A stretch of DNA of 64,000 nucleotides. Source: a virus (Duplodnaviria > Heunggongvirae > Uroviricota > Caudoviricetes). This document shows, piece after piece, positions 49,050-57,372 of the stretch (positions are counted from its first letter, which is position 1; each line of letters starts with the position of its first letter). The stretch is taken from positions 317,336 to 381,335 of the IMG/VR virus record IMGVR_UViG_3300009709_000001; one strand, given 5' to 3'. The notes under the pieces are model-generated. The model saw nothing but the letters and a program-made list of their open reading frames with translations, made no database searches and had not been told where the DNA came from. Position numbers and translations under genes: made by a program.

Positions 49050-49629
49050 ATTCATCGGTCCCTTTTAACTTTTCAATAATTTTAGAGGATTCCAGCATGA
49101 AAGTCAAGTCATCTGCTGTCAGGGCGCCTTTCTCCTTCGCAAACCGAATTACATCTTCAAAGACTTGATCTCGAATCTTACATTTCAGAGCGTGACTAAT
49201 ACCGAGTTTATTTTCGACACTAAAATTCAGCATCTTTTCAAATTGTCGGGATGCTTCATTGACATCTACTTCGGGCGCCCATTCGACTGATCCATCCTTA
49301 TTCAGACGAACAAGTTCTTTACCTGCGGCAGAATAGATTGTCAACAATGTCTTATCAGTTGCTGAGCTGCTGAATACATATGAAGAAGCTGGCGGAGACG
49401 CCGGCATTGTAAACCAACTCGACGAAACTCCTACGCCACCAGTAAGAATACCACTTGTGAACATTCCGCTGCTACTACCGGTAGTAGTGATCGAGCCCAT
49501 ATTAATTCCCGATGATCCTACTGCACCGACATTAGTCATTGGTGTTCCACTTGCATTACCTGTTGGTGCTGGTGGTACTACATTATTCAACGGAGTCTCT
49601 TGTCTTTTCTTAAAATATTTTTCAAACAT
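49048..49629 (-). CDS. hypothetical protein (193 aa) with Gly/Ser/Thr-rich N-terminal half
   Basis: ORF track. Confidence 0.55.
   Translation of the reverse strand: MFEKYFKKRQETPLNNVVPPAPTGNASGTPMTNVGAVGSSGINMGSITTTGSSSGMFTSGILTGGVGVSSSWFTMPASPPASSYVFSSSATDKTLLTIYSAAGKELVRLNKDGSVEWAPEVDVNEASRQFEKMLNFSVENKLGISHALKCKIRDQVFEDVIRFAKEKGALTADDLTFMLESSKIIEKLKGTDE
49079..49107 (-). promoter_or_regulatory. internal sigma70-type promoter TTGACT-17-TAAAAT upstream of the EndoVII-type gene
   Basis: Minus strand gacTTGACTttcatgctggaatcctcTAAAATtattg, inside the 3' end of 49048..49629. Confidence 0.5.
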
Positions 49630-49913
49630 TATTCCTCCTTGCCAGCTGCCGGTCCATTAACCAGTGCTAGAATAGTTTGATATGCATCATATGCTTCCTT
49701 GAGTGCTGGATATTTCTCATGTAACTCAAGGTGCGGATGTAGAATTAGAAGCCGTGTCTCAATATTGCTGAGGCGTGCTTCTATTTGTGCAAGATTTTCT
49801 TGCGTCTTATCGGTTGTCGTTGTCCAATAAGCGGTTGTGCCTGTGCTGCCGCTCATCAGAACATTGCCAAGTGCACCGTAATTTGTCGGAAGTATTGAAT
49901 TTGTTGTACTCAT
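49629..49913 (-). CDS. hypothetical protein (94 aa)
   Basis: ORF track; 1-nt and 4-nt overlaps. Confidence 0.55.
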   Translation of the reverse strand: MSTTNSILPTNYGALGNVLMSGSTGTTAYWTTTTDKTQENLAQIEARLSNIETRLLILHPHLELHEKYPALKEAYDAYQTILALVNGPAAGKEE

Positions 49914-50188
49914 TTTGAAAACCTTATTTTGAAAACTAATGCATCTTCAGGATTTTCAAAGCCCACGAAGACTATTACATTTCCGTGATTGCTGAGCACT
50001 TTCACATCTGCTGACCCCGACGTATTATCGTGGAGCCAGTAGAGCAATTCTAAATACATTTCCTGCTGATACGGAAACTTGATTATAGTTCTGAATTTTT
50101 CGTCGAAGTTAACCACTAATGGTTCCGGCTCCAGACTTACTGTCGGTTGCTTCCGGAACATATTCCAAAGTTGCGCCATTTTCCCCAT
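49910..50188 (-). CDS. EEDA-helix small protein family member (92 aa)
   Basis: C-terminus VFVGFENPEDALVFKIRFSK; start uncertain (overlaps the QueD-like 3' end). Confidence 0.55.
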   Translation of the reverse strand: MGKMAQLWNMFRKQPTVSLEPEPLVVNFDEKFRTIIKFPYQQEMYLELLYWLHDNTSGSADVKVLSNHGNVIVFVGFENPEDALVFKIRFSK

Positions 50189-50495
50189 CTTCGCTAACCT
50201 CTACGGAAATTTTACGATTTGGATAGGTCTTGCTGATGTAGTCAATTAAGTCTTCAGCAAGCATTTCGCAACTCTTGAAATCTACCTGCAATGTTGCTTC
50301 GGAATACAGAGCTTCGAGTTCTCTCTTAAATAGGATGAACTCGATATCCCTGTCATTGTGAAATACTTCCACTGTAACCCTGAAGTGGAAAATATGTCTG
50401 TGTGGATGTTTTAGAAATTCTACACCTTCTGGTGCATCGGGATACCTATGAATCCCTTCTTTCTGAAATGTTACGAAAATTGTCCGTGAAATCAT
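50109..50495 (-). CDS. queD: QueD/6-pyruvoyl-tetrahydropterin synthase-like protein (128 aa)
   Basis: TFQKEGIHRYPDAPEGVEFLKHPHRHIFHFRVTVEV aligns by eye with the E. coli QueD N-terminus ([30 protein letters not shown], from memory). Confidence 0.55.
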   Translation of the reverse strand: MISRTIFVTFQKEGIHRYPDAPEGVEFLKHPHRHIFHFRVTVEVFHNDRDIEFILFKRELEALYSEATLQVDFKSCEMLAEDLIDYISKTYPNRKISVEVSEDGENGATLEYVPEATDSKSGAGTISG

Positions 50496-50701
50496 TTTAT
50501 TCTTTTTGTCTTAACCTTATACCTAGATTTGAATTCCATCTTCTTTAATTTCCGATAGTATTCTTCGAAAGTATATGGTCGAAAAATCATTGCCGCACCA
50601 ACTGGTGCAAAGCTTGTCTTGTCTTCATGCCACAGAGAAACTAAGCGTCCACTTAGTTTCTCTATGATATATAACTTCTCTGCTTCGGCACGAGTTGTCA
50701 T
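50492..50701 (-). CDS. hypothetical protein (69 aa)
   Basis: ORF track; 4-nt overlap downstream. Confidence 0.5.
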   Translation of the reverse strand: MTTRAEAEKLYIIEKLSGRLVSLWHEDKTSFAPVGAAMIFRPYTFEEYYRKLKKMEFKSRYKVKTKRIK

Positions 50702-51583
50702 TTACTTCTTCTTAGATGCCGCCTTTTTCGCACCCGATTCTTGGGTTTCGGTCGTGCCATCTGCATGAGCATAGAGATCAGCGACTTCCTGCTTCGTCGA
50801 GCTTCCTTGCGAAAGAACAACTTCACTCTTGACTTCTTCATCCGCTTCAGCCTTTAGTTGAGAAGGTGAGGTTGGGTCAAGGCCGAGAGATGCATCGTTC
50901 TGCACGGGTGTCTCGGCCTTCTCAACAGCCTTAACCTGCTTTGCGATCAAATCACTCGGATCGATGTAAGTAATCTCTCGTTCTGGCTCCTTGCGAACAA
51001 CATATGGAGGCATCGGTGTAGGTAATACATCATGAGACGGTGATGCAGAGATATTAACCTGACCGGTAACATCTTCATCAGTCACATAATCTTGCCAATC
51101 AGTGAAACGATTGCTGTCGGTTAATTCAGTGAAATGCCTGCACCATACACCTGGATTAGTTGCCTTGAAATCAATATCATCGATCTTAACCGTTAGATTA
51201 GGACTAGACATTTCGATCTTAGGAATACGAACACTGAGCAAGGGCACGAATAAACGAGATTGCCATACACCAGCACTGAAGATGTTTAAGACATCCTTAT
51301 GTTGATGTGCCTGATAATCGATTGTTACCCAAAAACCACGATCGAGCAAGTGTGTTGCAAGATCATTCCAATTCTTGTTTTCGACATCAGAATTTGCCTC
51401 AACATCAAATGAATGATTTGCGCCAAGGAATACATGCTGTACCTTATATTGGCGAGCATATTTTTCCACTTCTTGTGGACTCTGATATCCGACTACAAAG
51501 AGTGTCTTTTTCGAGTATGCCGGAGTATGTTCAACTTCCGGTCCAATGAAATATTTTGTTTTTTCGTGTCCTGCTCTATTCAT
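50702..51583 (-). CDS. hypothetical protein (293 aa): unknown N-domain + acidic/Lys-rich disordered tail
   Basis: ORF track; no motif recognised; embedded in the deazaguanine gene set. Confidence 0.6.
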   Translation of the reverse strand: MNRAGHEKTKYFIGPEVEHTPAYSKKTLFVVGYQSPQEVEKYARQYKVQHVFLGANHSFDVEANSDVENKNWNDLATHLLDRGFWVTIDYQAHQHKDVLNIFSAGVWQSRLFVPLLSVRIPKIEMSSPNLTVKIDDIDFKATNPGVWCRHFTELTDSNRFTDWQDYVTDEDVTGQVNISASPSHDVLPTPMPPYVVRKEPEREITYIDPSDLIAKQVKAVEKAETPVQNDASLGLDPTSPSQLKAEADEEVKSEVVLSQGSSTKQEVADLYAHADGTTETQESGAKKAASKKK

Positions 51584-51592
51584 AATTTCCTT

Positions 51593-52783
51593 TTAGTATT
51601 TTTCGCGGCCGACGTGCTTTCTATAATCTAGTCCGTTTCGTGCCCACTGTGCGCCGTTACCCTTTTCGCCACCCTCAAGGATATCGATGGTACGGTCAAT
51701 TGTTCCATTCTGCCAATCGCTGACTGCACCAGTTGTAAACTTTGCAGGATTGTTCAGCATTGCGGTTAGCTTTGCTGCGGCATCATCTAAGCTCCACGGA
51801 ATATACAAGTTATTCGCATTATTTGCGAACACTTCCGGGAAACTACGATAAGCTGGGAACAAGGTCAGTGTTCCAAATGTGTCGGCTTCGCTAACAGTGT
51901 TACTTACCCAATCTTGAAGGGCACAGTTGAATAAAACGACACTGTCTGCGACAATTTCGTAATAATCGTTCTTCTTCAGACCGGTATAGACCTTGAAATT
52001 AGCAGTTCCGCTAGATTCCAGGTATTTCGCAAACTCGATGTTTTGCGGATTGTTGCTCTTCAATTCAGGATGTCCAGTCACTACCGCAAATTCCACATCA
52101 GGGTGTGTCTTGAACATTTTCTGTGCGAGCTGCATATAGAAGTCGGGTTGCTTCTCATCATCCCAACGAGCTGCAAACACGACACGTTGTTCACGCGAGG
52201 TAATTGGCTTGATGTACTCAACACGTTCAAGCACTTCTTCTTTGCCAAACGGAAGACCAGTAACATAGATAGGTGCCTTGAATCCTGCGATACGCAGATT
52301 AGCAACCATTTCTTCACTTGCCACAAGGATGCCCGATACAAATTCGTCGATCATCAACTCATAGTTACGCATCCAATGACCCATTCCTTCGCGGTTAACG
52401 AAATCATCGGGATCAATGGATTGTGCAAGACAACGAACATAAACCTTCGGACGATACTTCTTAGGCACCTGGTCCATGATGTACGGTAAACATTCAATGC
52501 CTGGAGTAAACATATCTTCGTAGAAGATAACGTCATTACTTGTGACTTTACCTTCCTTCATCAGCTTGATCAGATTTGCAGTCTGCATCATGCTGTAATA
52601 TGTTCGACCGTGTGCATCAAGTACACTACCGGTAACAATGTTCTTGTCGGCAGTTAATTCTGCACCTTTGACAATCTCGTAGTCGATGCCACGAGCTTGA
52701 AATACACGTTCATTCCAGTCTTGGAGTTGCAGTGTGTATCGAGCTTCGTATGCTTCCAAGCCCATATAGAACAGTTTTTTCAT
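51593..52783 (-). CDS. GT-B-like glycosyltransferase candidate (396 aa)
   Basis: Trimmed to MKKLFYMGLEAY (ATGA overlap with upstream stop); C-terminal half RVVFAARWDDEKQPDFY ... VSEADTFGTLTLFP resembles a GT-B Rossmann domain; size similar to T4 alpha-glucosyltransferase; tentative. Confidence 0.4.
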   Translation of the reverse strand: MKKLFYMGLEAYEARYTLQLQDWNERVFQARGIDYEIVKGAELTADKNIVTGSVLDAHGRTYYSMMQTANLIKLMKEGKVTSNDVIFYEDMFTPGIECLPYIMDQVPKKYRPKVYVRCLAQSIDPDDFVNREGMGHWMRNYELMIDEFVSGILVASEEMVANLRIAGFKAPIYVTGLPFGKEEVLERVEYIKPITSREQRVVFAARWDDEKQPDFYMQLAQKMFKTHPDVEFAVVTGHPELKSNNPQNIEFAKYLESSGTANFKVYTGLKKNDYYEIVADSVVLFNCALQDWVSNTVSEADTFGTLTLFPAYRSFPEVFANNANNLYIPWSLDDAAAKLTAMLNNPAKFTTGAVSDWQNGTIDRTIDILEGGEKGNGAQWARNGLDYRKHVGREKY

Positions 52784-53151
52784 AGGTCTTCCTTGTTGAT
52801 TCCCCATTTTACTTTAAGTGTATGTATATCGTCAAAGGGGCCAGTCATTGGCTGCACTCCGAGAAGTTCATCGGCAATAATGTTAGGCATAATTCGATTA
52901 ATCATTGGAATTCTTATACCCTTAGGCTTTGGAGGGGCCTTAAGTTTTTCGATAATCTTTTCAGCCTCAATTTCCTCTGTTGTCATACCCGCAAGACGCA
53001 ATTCTTCTGCAGCCTCTGCATCAATCTTTTCGGCAAAAATCCTGGCTTGTTCTTCCAGCATATACTTGACGATATCATTATTACTACTGGTAATCGAATC
53101 TATTAATTCTTTCTTGGATTCGTTCCAGTTTTCGAATAATTTCTTTGTCAT
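52780..53151 (-). CDS. 123-aa protein carrying a T4 gp23-type capsid motif
   Basis: INRIMPNIIADELLGVQPMTGP versus T4 gp23 VRRAIPNLIAFDICGVQPMNSP (from memory). Confidence 0.5.
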   Translation of the reverse strand: MTKKLFENWNESKKELIDSITSSNNDIVKYMLEEQARIFAEKIDAEAAEELRLAGMTTEEIEAEKIIEKLKAPPKPKGIRIPMINRIMPNIIADELLGVQPMTGPFDDIHTLKVKWGINKEDL

Positions 53152-53432
53152 TTCGACATTCTCAATACATAGGCCACGGCATCGGGTCCGTCGAGTTTAA
53201 TTGACGCGTCGCTATAAATCTGATATCCTGCCTCGGGCATCCAACCATAGCCAGACTTGGCAAGTGGCTTTACCTTGATTGTTTTCGGACTAATTGTAGT
53301 GACCTTGCTGACGATTAATTGGTTTTGTCTAGCAAATGCTACTGTATCGCCTAATTTTAGTTCAGTACCTAGAAGATCTTTTTGGACTAACGGTTCTTTC
53401 TTTTTTCTTGTTGTTTTTATTTCTTCAGTCAC
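53148..53432 (-). CDS. hypothetical protein (94 aa)
   Basis: ORF track. Confidence 0.55.
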   Translation of the reverse strand: MTEEIKTTRKKKEPLVQKDLLGTELKLGDTVAFARQNQLIVSKVTTISPKTIKVKPLAKSGYGWMPEAGYQIYSDASIKLDGPDAVAYVLRMSK

Positions 53433-53445
53433 TTACCTACTTTCC

Positions 53446-53913
53446 TTAAATCCAGGTACCCTCTCTCGATACCTTGTTATCAATACCTGCCAATTTATTC
53501 ATCGTTTTTTGCTGATTTGCAAATTCAGTTTCTTGATCGATGCGCTTCTTTAGATATGTTCTAATCACGTCACGATGATACCAAATGAATTCTTCATATT
53601 TGGATAGACCATTACATGGACAACACAATACGAAATTAATGCCATTGATAATACGACCTGATACTGCATCGCTGTCGTAATGCAAGATCACTTTATCAGG
53701 ACTTTCTTTATATCGAAACTCGCAATGTTCTGCCCAGTTCTTTTCATCTTCTTCGTCACACTCAGACCAACCCCAATCGACATTGACGCACAAATGTTCA
53801 CGTCCGCACCAATTGCAATCCATCTGATAAGAACCGTGGCCAGGTTCTGCTTCACGGCAGGCATCTAAAAAAAGCTCCGTTGGAGCTTTTGGGCAATCTT
53901 TAGGATTTTTCAT
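53446..53913 (-). CDS. Cys/Trp-rich hypothetical protein (155 aa)
   Basis: ORF track; CNWCGREHLC ... LCCPC. Confidence 0.55.
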   Translation of the reverse strand: MKNPKDCPKAPTELFLDACREAEPGHGSYQMDCNWCGREHLCVNVDWGWSECDEEDEKNWAEHCEFRYKESPDKVILHYDSDAVSGRIINGINFVLCCPCNGLSKYEEFIWYHRDVIRTYLKKRIDQETEFANQQKTMNKLAGIDNKVSREGTWI

Positions 53914-54145
53914 GTCCGTCCTTTATAATATCGAATATAGTGCTCTTATACTCGTATTCAGTCGCAAAGAATATCTTGTTCATGATCATATCAAATCTTG
54001 TCCAATAGGGTTGATGAACTTGTTTTCTTAGTACAAATTCTAACCAAACTGTTTCTTTGTCATTGATCTTAACTGGATGCCAAGCAAACCAGCGGTGCCA
54101 TACTAAGCGTGGATTTTCTGACGGATTATAAACTTTCCATCTCAT
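53900..54145 (-). CDS. hypothetical protein (81 aa)
   Basis: ORF track. Confidence 0.5.
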   Translation of the reverse strand: MRWKVYNPSENPRLVWHRWFAWHPVKINDKETVWLEFVLRKQVHQPYWTRFDMIMNKIFFATEYEYKSTIFDIIKDGHEKS

Positions 54146-54978
54146 GGTTCAAAGTCCTTTGCCTGCTCGTGTGTTCTTTTAAAGCCGGATGCAGTCTTGT
54201 GGCCACCGCCTCCAAAGATTTCGGCAATCTCAGCAACATTCATACCTTCTGCAGTCGAACGTAGACCAAATTCTCTATGTGTGGCAGTGTCGTAATAATA
54301 CGCTGCGAAAGGCTCGTTTTTCGCCAAAATTGAGCAAATATCAGAACCAAACTGATAGGGAACGTTAGCAGCTGGAACATTAAACCCTGCAATATTCAGA
54401 CGTCTAACGACAACGCCAAGTAATTCCTTGACATTTTTCATGTTGGCACGCTCGATAGCTGTACCATCTCTGATTTGCTCTTCAATGCTTTGTTCCGCAA
54501 TCATGTCCCAGTTTTCGAAGTTGTATTCGTAGCTGAAAATGCTCGCGTTGACTTCACGGCAGCCCGGAATTAAAAACTTCCAACGATCCCTATCATCGAC
54601 ATAGCGGATAAACGGTGGAACTTCTAGATCCTTGAAGAAATACTTCCAAGCCAGCATTGCACCGCTTTCAGTATTCTTTGGACTGTAGAAAGATTCGAAT
54701 TTAGGATCCGAAAAACCTTCCATGTCACGAATTGCTGTTTCGTGATGGTCAATGTGAATAACCTGTTTTGCGTCACGAACAATTTGTTCCATGATCGGAC
54801 GCTTATAGCTGAAGTCGACGATGTAGACAATCTTGTCTTTTACATCAGGCGGCTCTTCTTTGTAGACGCCAGGATGATATACAATACTTTCATCCTTGCC
54901 GTGTGCTGCTCTGACTACCCATGCAGCAGTAAATCCATCAATGCATTTGCCGTGATAGATACATACAATTCCACTCAT
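54142..54978 (-). CDS. DHH/DHHA1-family phosphoesterase (278 aa)
   Basis: HGKCIDGFTAAW, HIDHHETA, FGGGGHKTASGF. Confidence 0.8.
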   Translation of the reverse strand: MSGIVCIYHGKCIDGFTAAWVVRAAHGKDESIVYHPGVYKEEPPDVKDKIVYIVDFSYKRPIMEQIVRDAKQVIHIDHHETAIRDMEGFSDPKFESFYSPKNTESGAMLAWKYFFKDLEVPPFIRYVDDRDRWKFLIPGCREVNASIFSYEYNFENWDMIAEQSIEEQIRDGTAIERANMKNVKELLGVVVRRLNIAGFNVPAANVPYQFGSDICSILAKNEPFAAYYYDTATHREFGLRSTAEGMNVAEIAEIFGGGGHKTASGFKRTHEQAKDFEP

Positions 54979-55175
54979 TTGTTCCCGGCTCCGTGGCTCT
55001 GTGCGATAAACGCCTTCAACTCAGCTTCATGTGCCCTCATGAATTGCTCAGCGATAAGAAGGGAAATTCCGGTGGTTCCACCGATTACCTTCGTTGCTAT
55101 ATGTGCTTCTTGCGCTTCTTGCAGGGCGGTAAACACCTCCCCTACAGTTAGCGGATATTGAGCTAGATTTCTCAT
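54975..55175 (-). CDS. hypothetical protein (66 aa)
   Basis: ORF track; 4-nt overlaps. Confidence 0.5.
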   Translation of the reverse strand: MRNLAQYPLTVGEVFTALQEAQEAHIATKVIGGTTGISLLIAEQFMRAHEAELKAFIAQSHGAGNK

Positions 55176-55396
55176 TTCTTTCCTTTGTGTCGAACCCGTG
55201 ATTCGCGCCTAATCTTTTTCGGCATAACATAAAAGTCGGGTTTCATACCAGAAATTAGAGAATGAGAATAAATCATCCCGTTCATCATACCATGCATGTA
55301 CTGGGAGGGTTCACTTGCGGAGGACTGTAAACAATCCTCCTGTATGCCCATCATTTCCTCTAATTTTTTCAGGCGCTTTTGCAGCTCGTCATTCAT
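55172..55396 (-). CDS. hypothetical protein (74 aa; start uncertain)
   Basis: ORF 55172..55477 trimmed to MNDELQKRLKKLEE to limit the overlap with the DpdA-like gene; no clear RBS. Confidence 0.4.
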   Translation of the reverse strand: MNDELQKRLKKLEEMMGIQEDCLQSSASEPSQYMHGMMNGMIYSHSLISGMKPDFYVMPKKIRRESRVRHKGKK

Positions 55397-56954
55397 CGAT
55401 CTTAGAATGATCATCTTGACCTTGATCTGCCATTTCTTCACCAGATGGTGTTTCAGCACGATGGCCATCGATATCACCCCACATTACTGTGTTGGTCATT
55501 GTAGTAGTGGTTTTCTTATCGCCAAAACTTACAAAGTCGAGGAATTTCTGATTCTCTGCCAACATATTGTAAGGGTCTTTGTTGGAAGGGTCAAGTAATT
55601 CCTCAACAAAGGAGTTGAAATACAAAATTGAGTTTGGAACAAAGTTACTAATCGGTGTACTGCTCTTTTTATCACCGGGGCGATAATCTTTCCAACTAAT
55701 TTTAGGCTTCAAAATATATTCGATGTCTGCAAGACGATTAATTTCTTGCACAGCCTGAATATGATTGTATACATTATGTGCCATGACAAGAGCATAAGTG
55801 GTTGTATCCCAACTTGTCTTGCCTTCTTTGCCATGCTTGTTCAAATCGCCGGGCCCCATCACACACATATCAGATGCGTATAATCTTTCCATAATCGGTC
55901 CTTGGAACGGCATTGCAATTTTCTTATCTTTCAAATCCTTGCTATCAATGCCCCTGCCCATCGCATAGGTAAGTTGATCGGGTTTGAAATAATTGTAATT
56001 GTAGGAGAGTGCATAACCACCAGCCGCAACAAAAGGTGATGCAGCGTCGAAGCTGATATTGATATTAGGATTATCGTATTTCTTCAACAGACGCTCGATA
56101 CTAGACAAATAACATGCCCAATCTAAACGACCAATACCCAGAAAGTGAATCCAATCTTTACCCTCTAACAGTCCATCTCTGCGCAAGTCAAGAATACGTT
56201 CAAGAACAGTTTTCATGTTCTTCATGTTGATACCTGCAAATGCCCAACCTTCTAATGTTCTATCCTTGGAATAGCCCATAGCTTCAACACTCGATGGAAT
56301 ACTGAAGTGTTTTACTGTTTCATACCAATCACGAGAATTGCTATTATCACTACCCGAAAGAACATTAAGAAACTTAGTTGCTCCCGGAACCCGATTCTTC
56401 ATGAAATAATGCAAATTGTATTCGGTAACATCCAGACAGTCCTGAAACTTAGTAAGTCCAGTTTTTGCACTCAATGGTGGAAGAGCAGCAAATGCCGGCA
56501 CGTCCAATGTCATTGACCAATCAGCAGTATGTTCTAGGTAACGTAGAATTTCTTCACGTAGCTTATCACCTGCGTCTGTCATGACTGTTGACCAATCAAG
56601 CTTAATAACGCCGGTTGCAATCTGGAAGCCGCCAGAGTCGCCAATCAGTACGGTGTCATCTCCACGCTTGTGAATCATCGGTTCACGATCGTCACAACGT
56701 GATAAATTTCTATCAGCATGTCCTGCTGAATACAAACCCCACTTGTAGTGAAAATAACTATCTTCTGATTTTAGGAAATCGAGTCCTTGAATACCATATT
56801 CAAATTTTTCAGGCACACGTTCTTTCGGTACAAAGTTCTCGTCTGCAAGATCTTTACCGAGATGAGTGGTATAAAAACCACTAATGGCGGGAAGGTATTT
56901 TGCCCAACCGCCTTCGATATGTCTTTCGGTAAAATCTACTCTATTTTTTGTCAT
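55389..56954 (-). CDS. dpdA: DpdA-like tRNA-guanine-transglycosylase-family protein (521 aa), putative DNA 7-deazaguanine transglycosylase
   Basis: LIGDSGGFQIATG (TGT DSGGFQ), WSMTLDVPAF, WIHFLGIGRLDW. Confidence 0.7.
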   Translation of the reverse strand: MTKNRVDFTERHIEGGWAKYLPAISGFYTTHLGKDLADENFVPKERVPEKFEYGIQGLDFLKSEDSYFHYKWGLYSAGHADRNLSRCDDREPMIHKRGDDTVLIGDSGGFQIATGVIKLDWSTVMTDAGDKLREEILRYLEHTADWSMTLDVPAFAALPPLSAKTGLTKFQDCLDVTEYNLHYFMKNRVPGATKFLNVLSGSDNSNSRDWYETVKHFSIPSSVEAMGYSKDRTLEGWAFAGINMKNMKTVLERILDLRRDGLLEGKDWIHFLGIGRLDWACYLSSIERLLKKYDNPNINISFDAASPFVAAGGYALSYNYNYFKPDQLTYAMGRGIDSKDLKDKKIAMPFQGPIMERLYASDMCVMGPGDLNKHGKEGKTSWDTTTYALVMAHNVYNHIQAVQEINRLADIEYILKPKISWKDYRPGDKKSSTPISNFVPNSILYFNSFVEELLDPSNKDPYNMLAENQKFLDFVSFGDKKTTTTMTNTVMWGDIDGHRAETPSGEEMADQGQDDHSKIDE

Positions 56955-57153
56955 ATATTTCTTGTACTTTGGCTATCAGTAATTCAACTGTCCAACCGTG
57001 TTTTGCGATAGTGTCTAATGCACCAGATGGAAACCATACAGATTCATCCTGCCGAACTTCGTATAAGCGACCATATTTGGCTATCATCTCTGTGTGCAGA
57101 GTATGAAAGCTTGATCTCTTTAATCGTTCGAATGTAAGGTCAATGTCTTCCAT
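56941..57153 (-). CDS. TFxxLxRTPF/GWT small protein family member (70 aa)
   Basis: LTFERLKRSSFHTL ... KHGWTVELLIAKV. Confidence 0.55.
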   Translation of the reverse strand: MEDIDLTFERLKRSSFHTLHTEMIAKYGRLYEVRQDESVWFPSGALDTIAKHGWTVELLIAKVQEIYDKK

Positions 57154-57371
57154 TATTCTTGAATTGGCACTATTTGAAAGATCCTATATTTAGATTTGTT
57201 CGGGAACATTGGATCTTTTTTCTGGTTTGCATTTAGGAAATCTCTTGATGATTTTGCACGGTGAAGTGTTCCGTGAAATATTTCACCACCACTTGTGTAA
57301 AAACCAACCTCAGAATTGGGGTTGGTTTCGTCCCAGAGAAATCCTAATGCGAAATATGCATTATCGTTCAT
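57153..57371 (-). CDS. hypothetical protein (72 aa)
   Basis: ORF 57153..57431 trimmed to MNDNAYFALGFLW (ATG 57371, 1 nt after the clamp stop). Confidence 0.5.
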   Translation of the reverse strand: MNDNAYFALGFLWDETNPNSEVGFYTSGGEIFHGTLHRAKSSRDFLNANQKKDPMFPNKSKYRIFQIVPIQE

Positions 57372-57372
57372 C

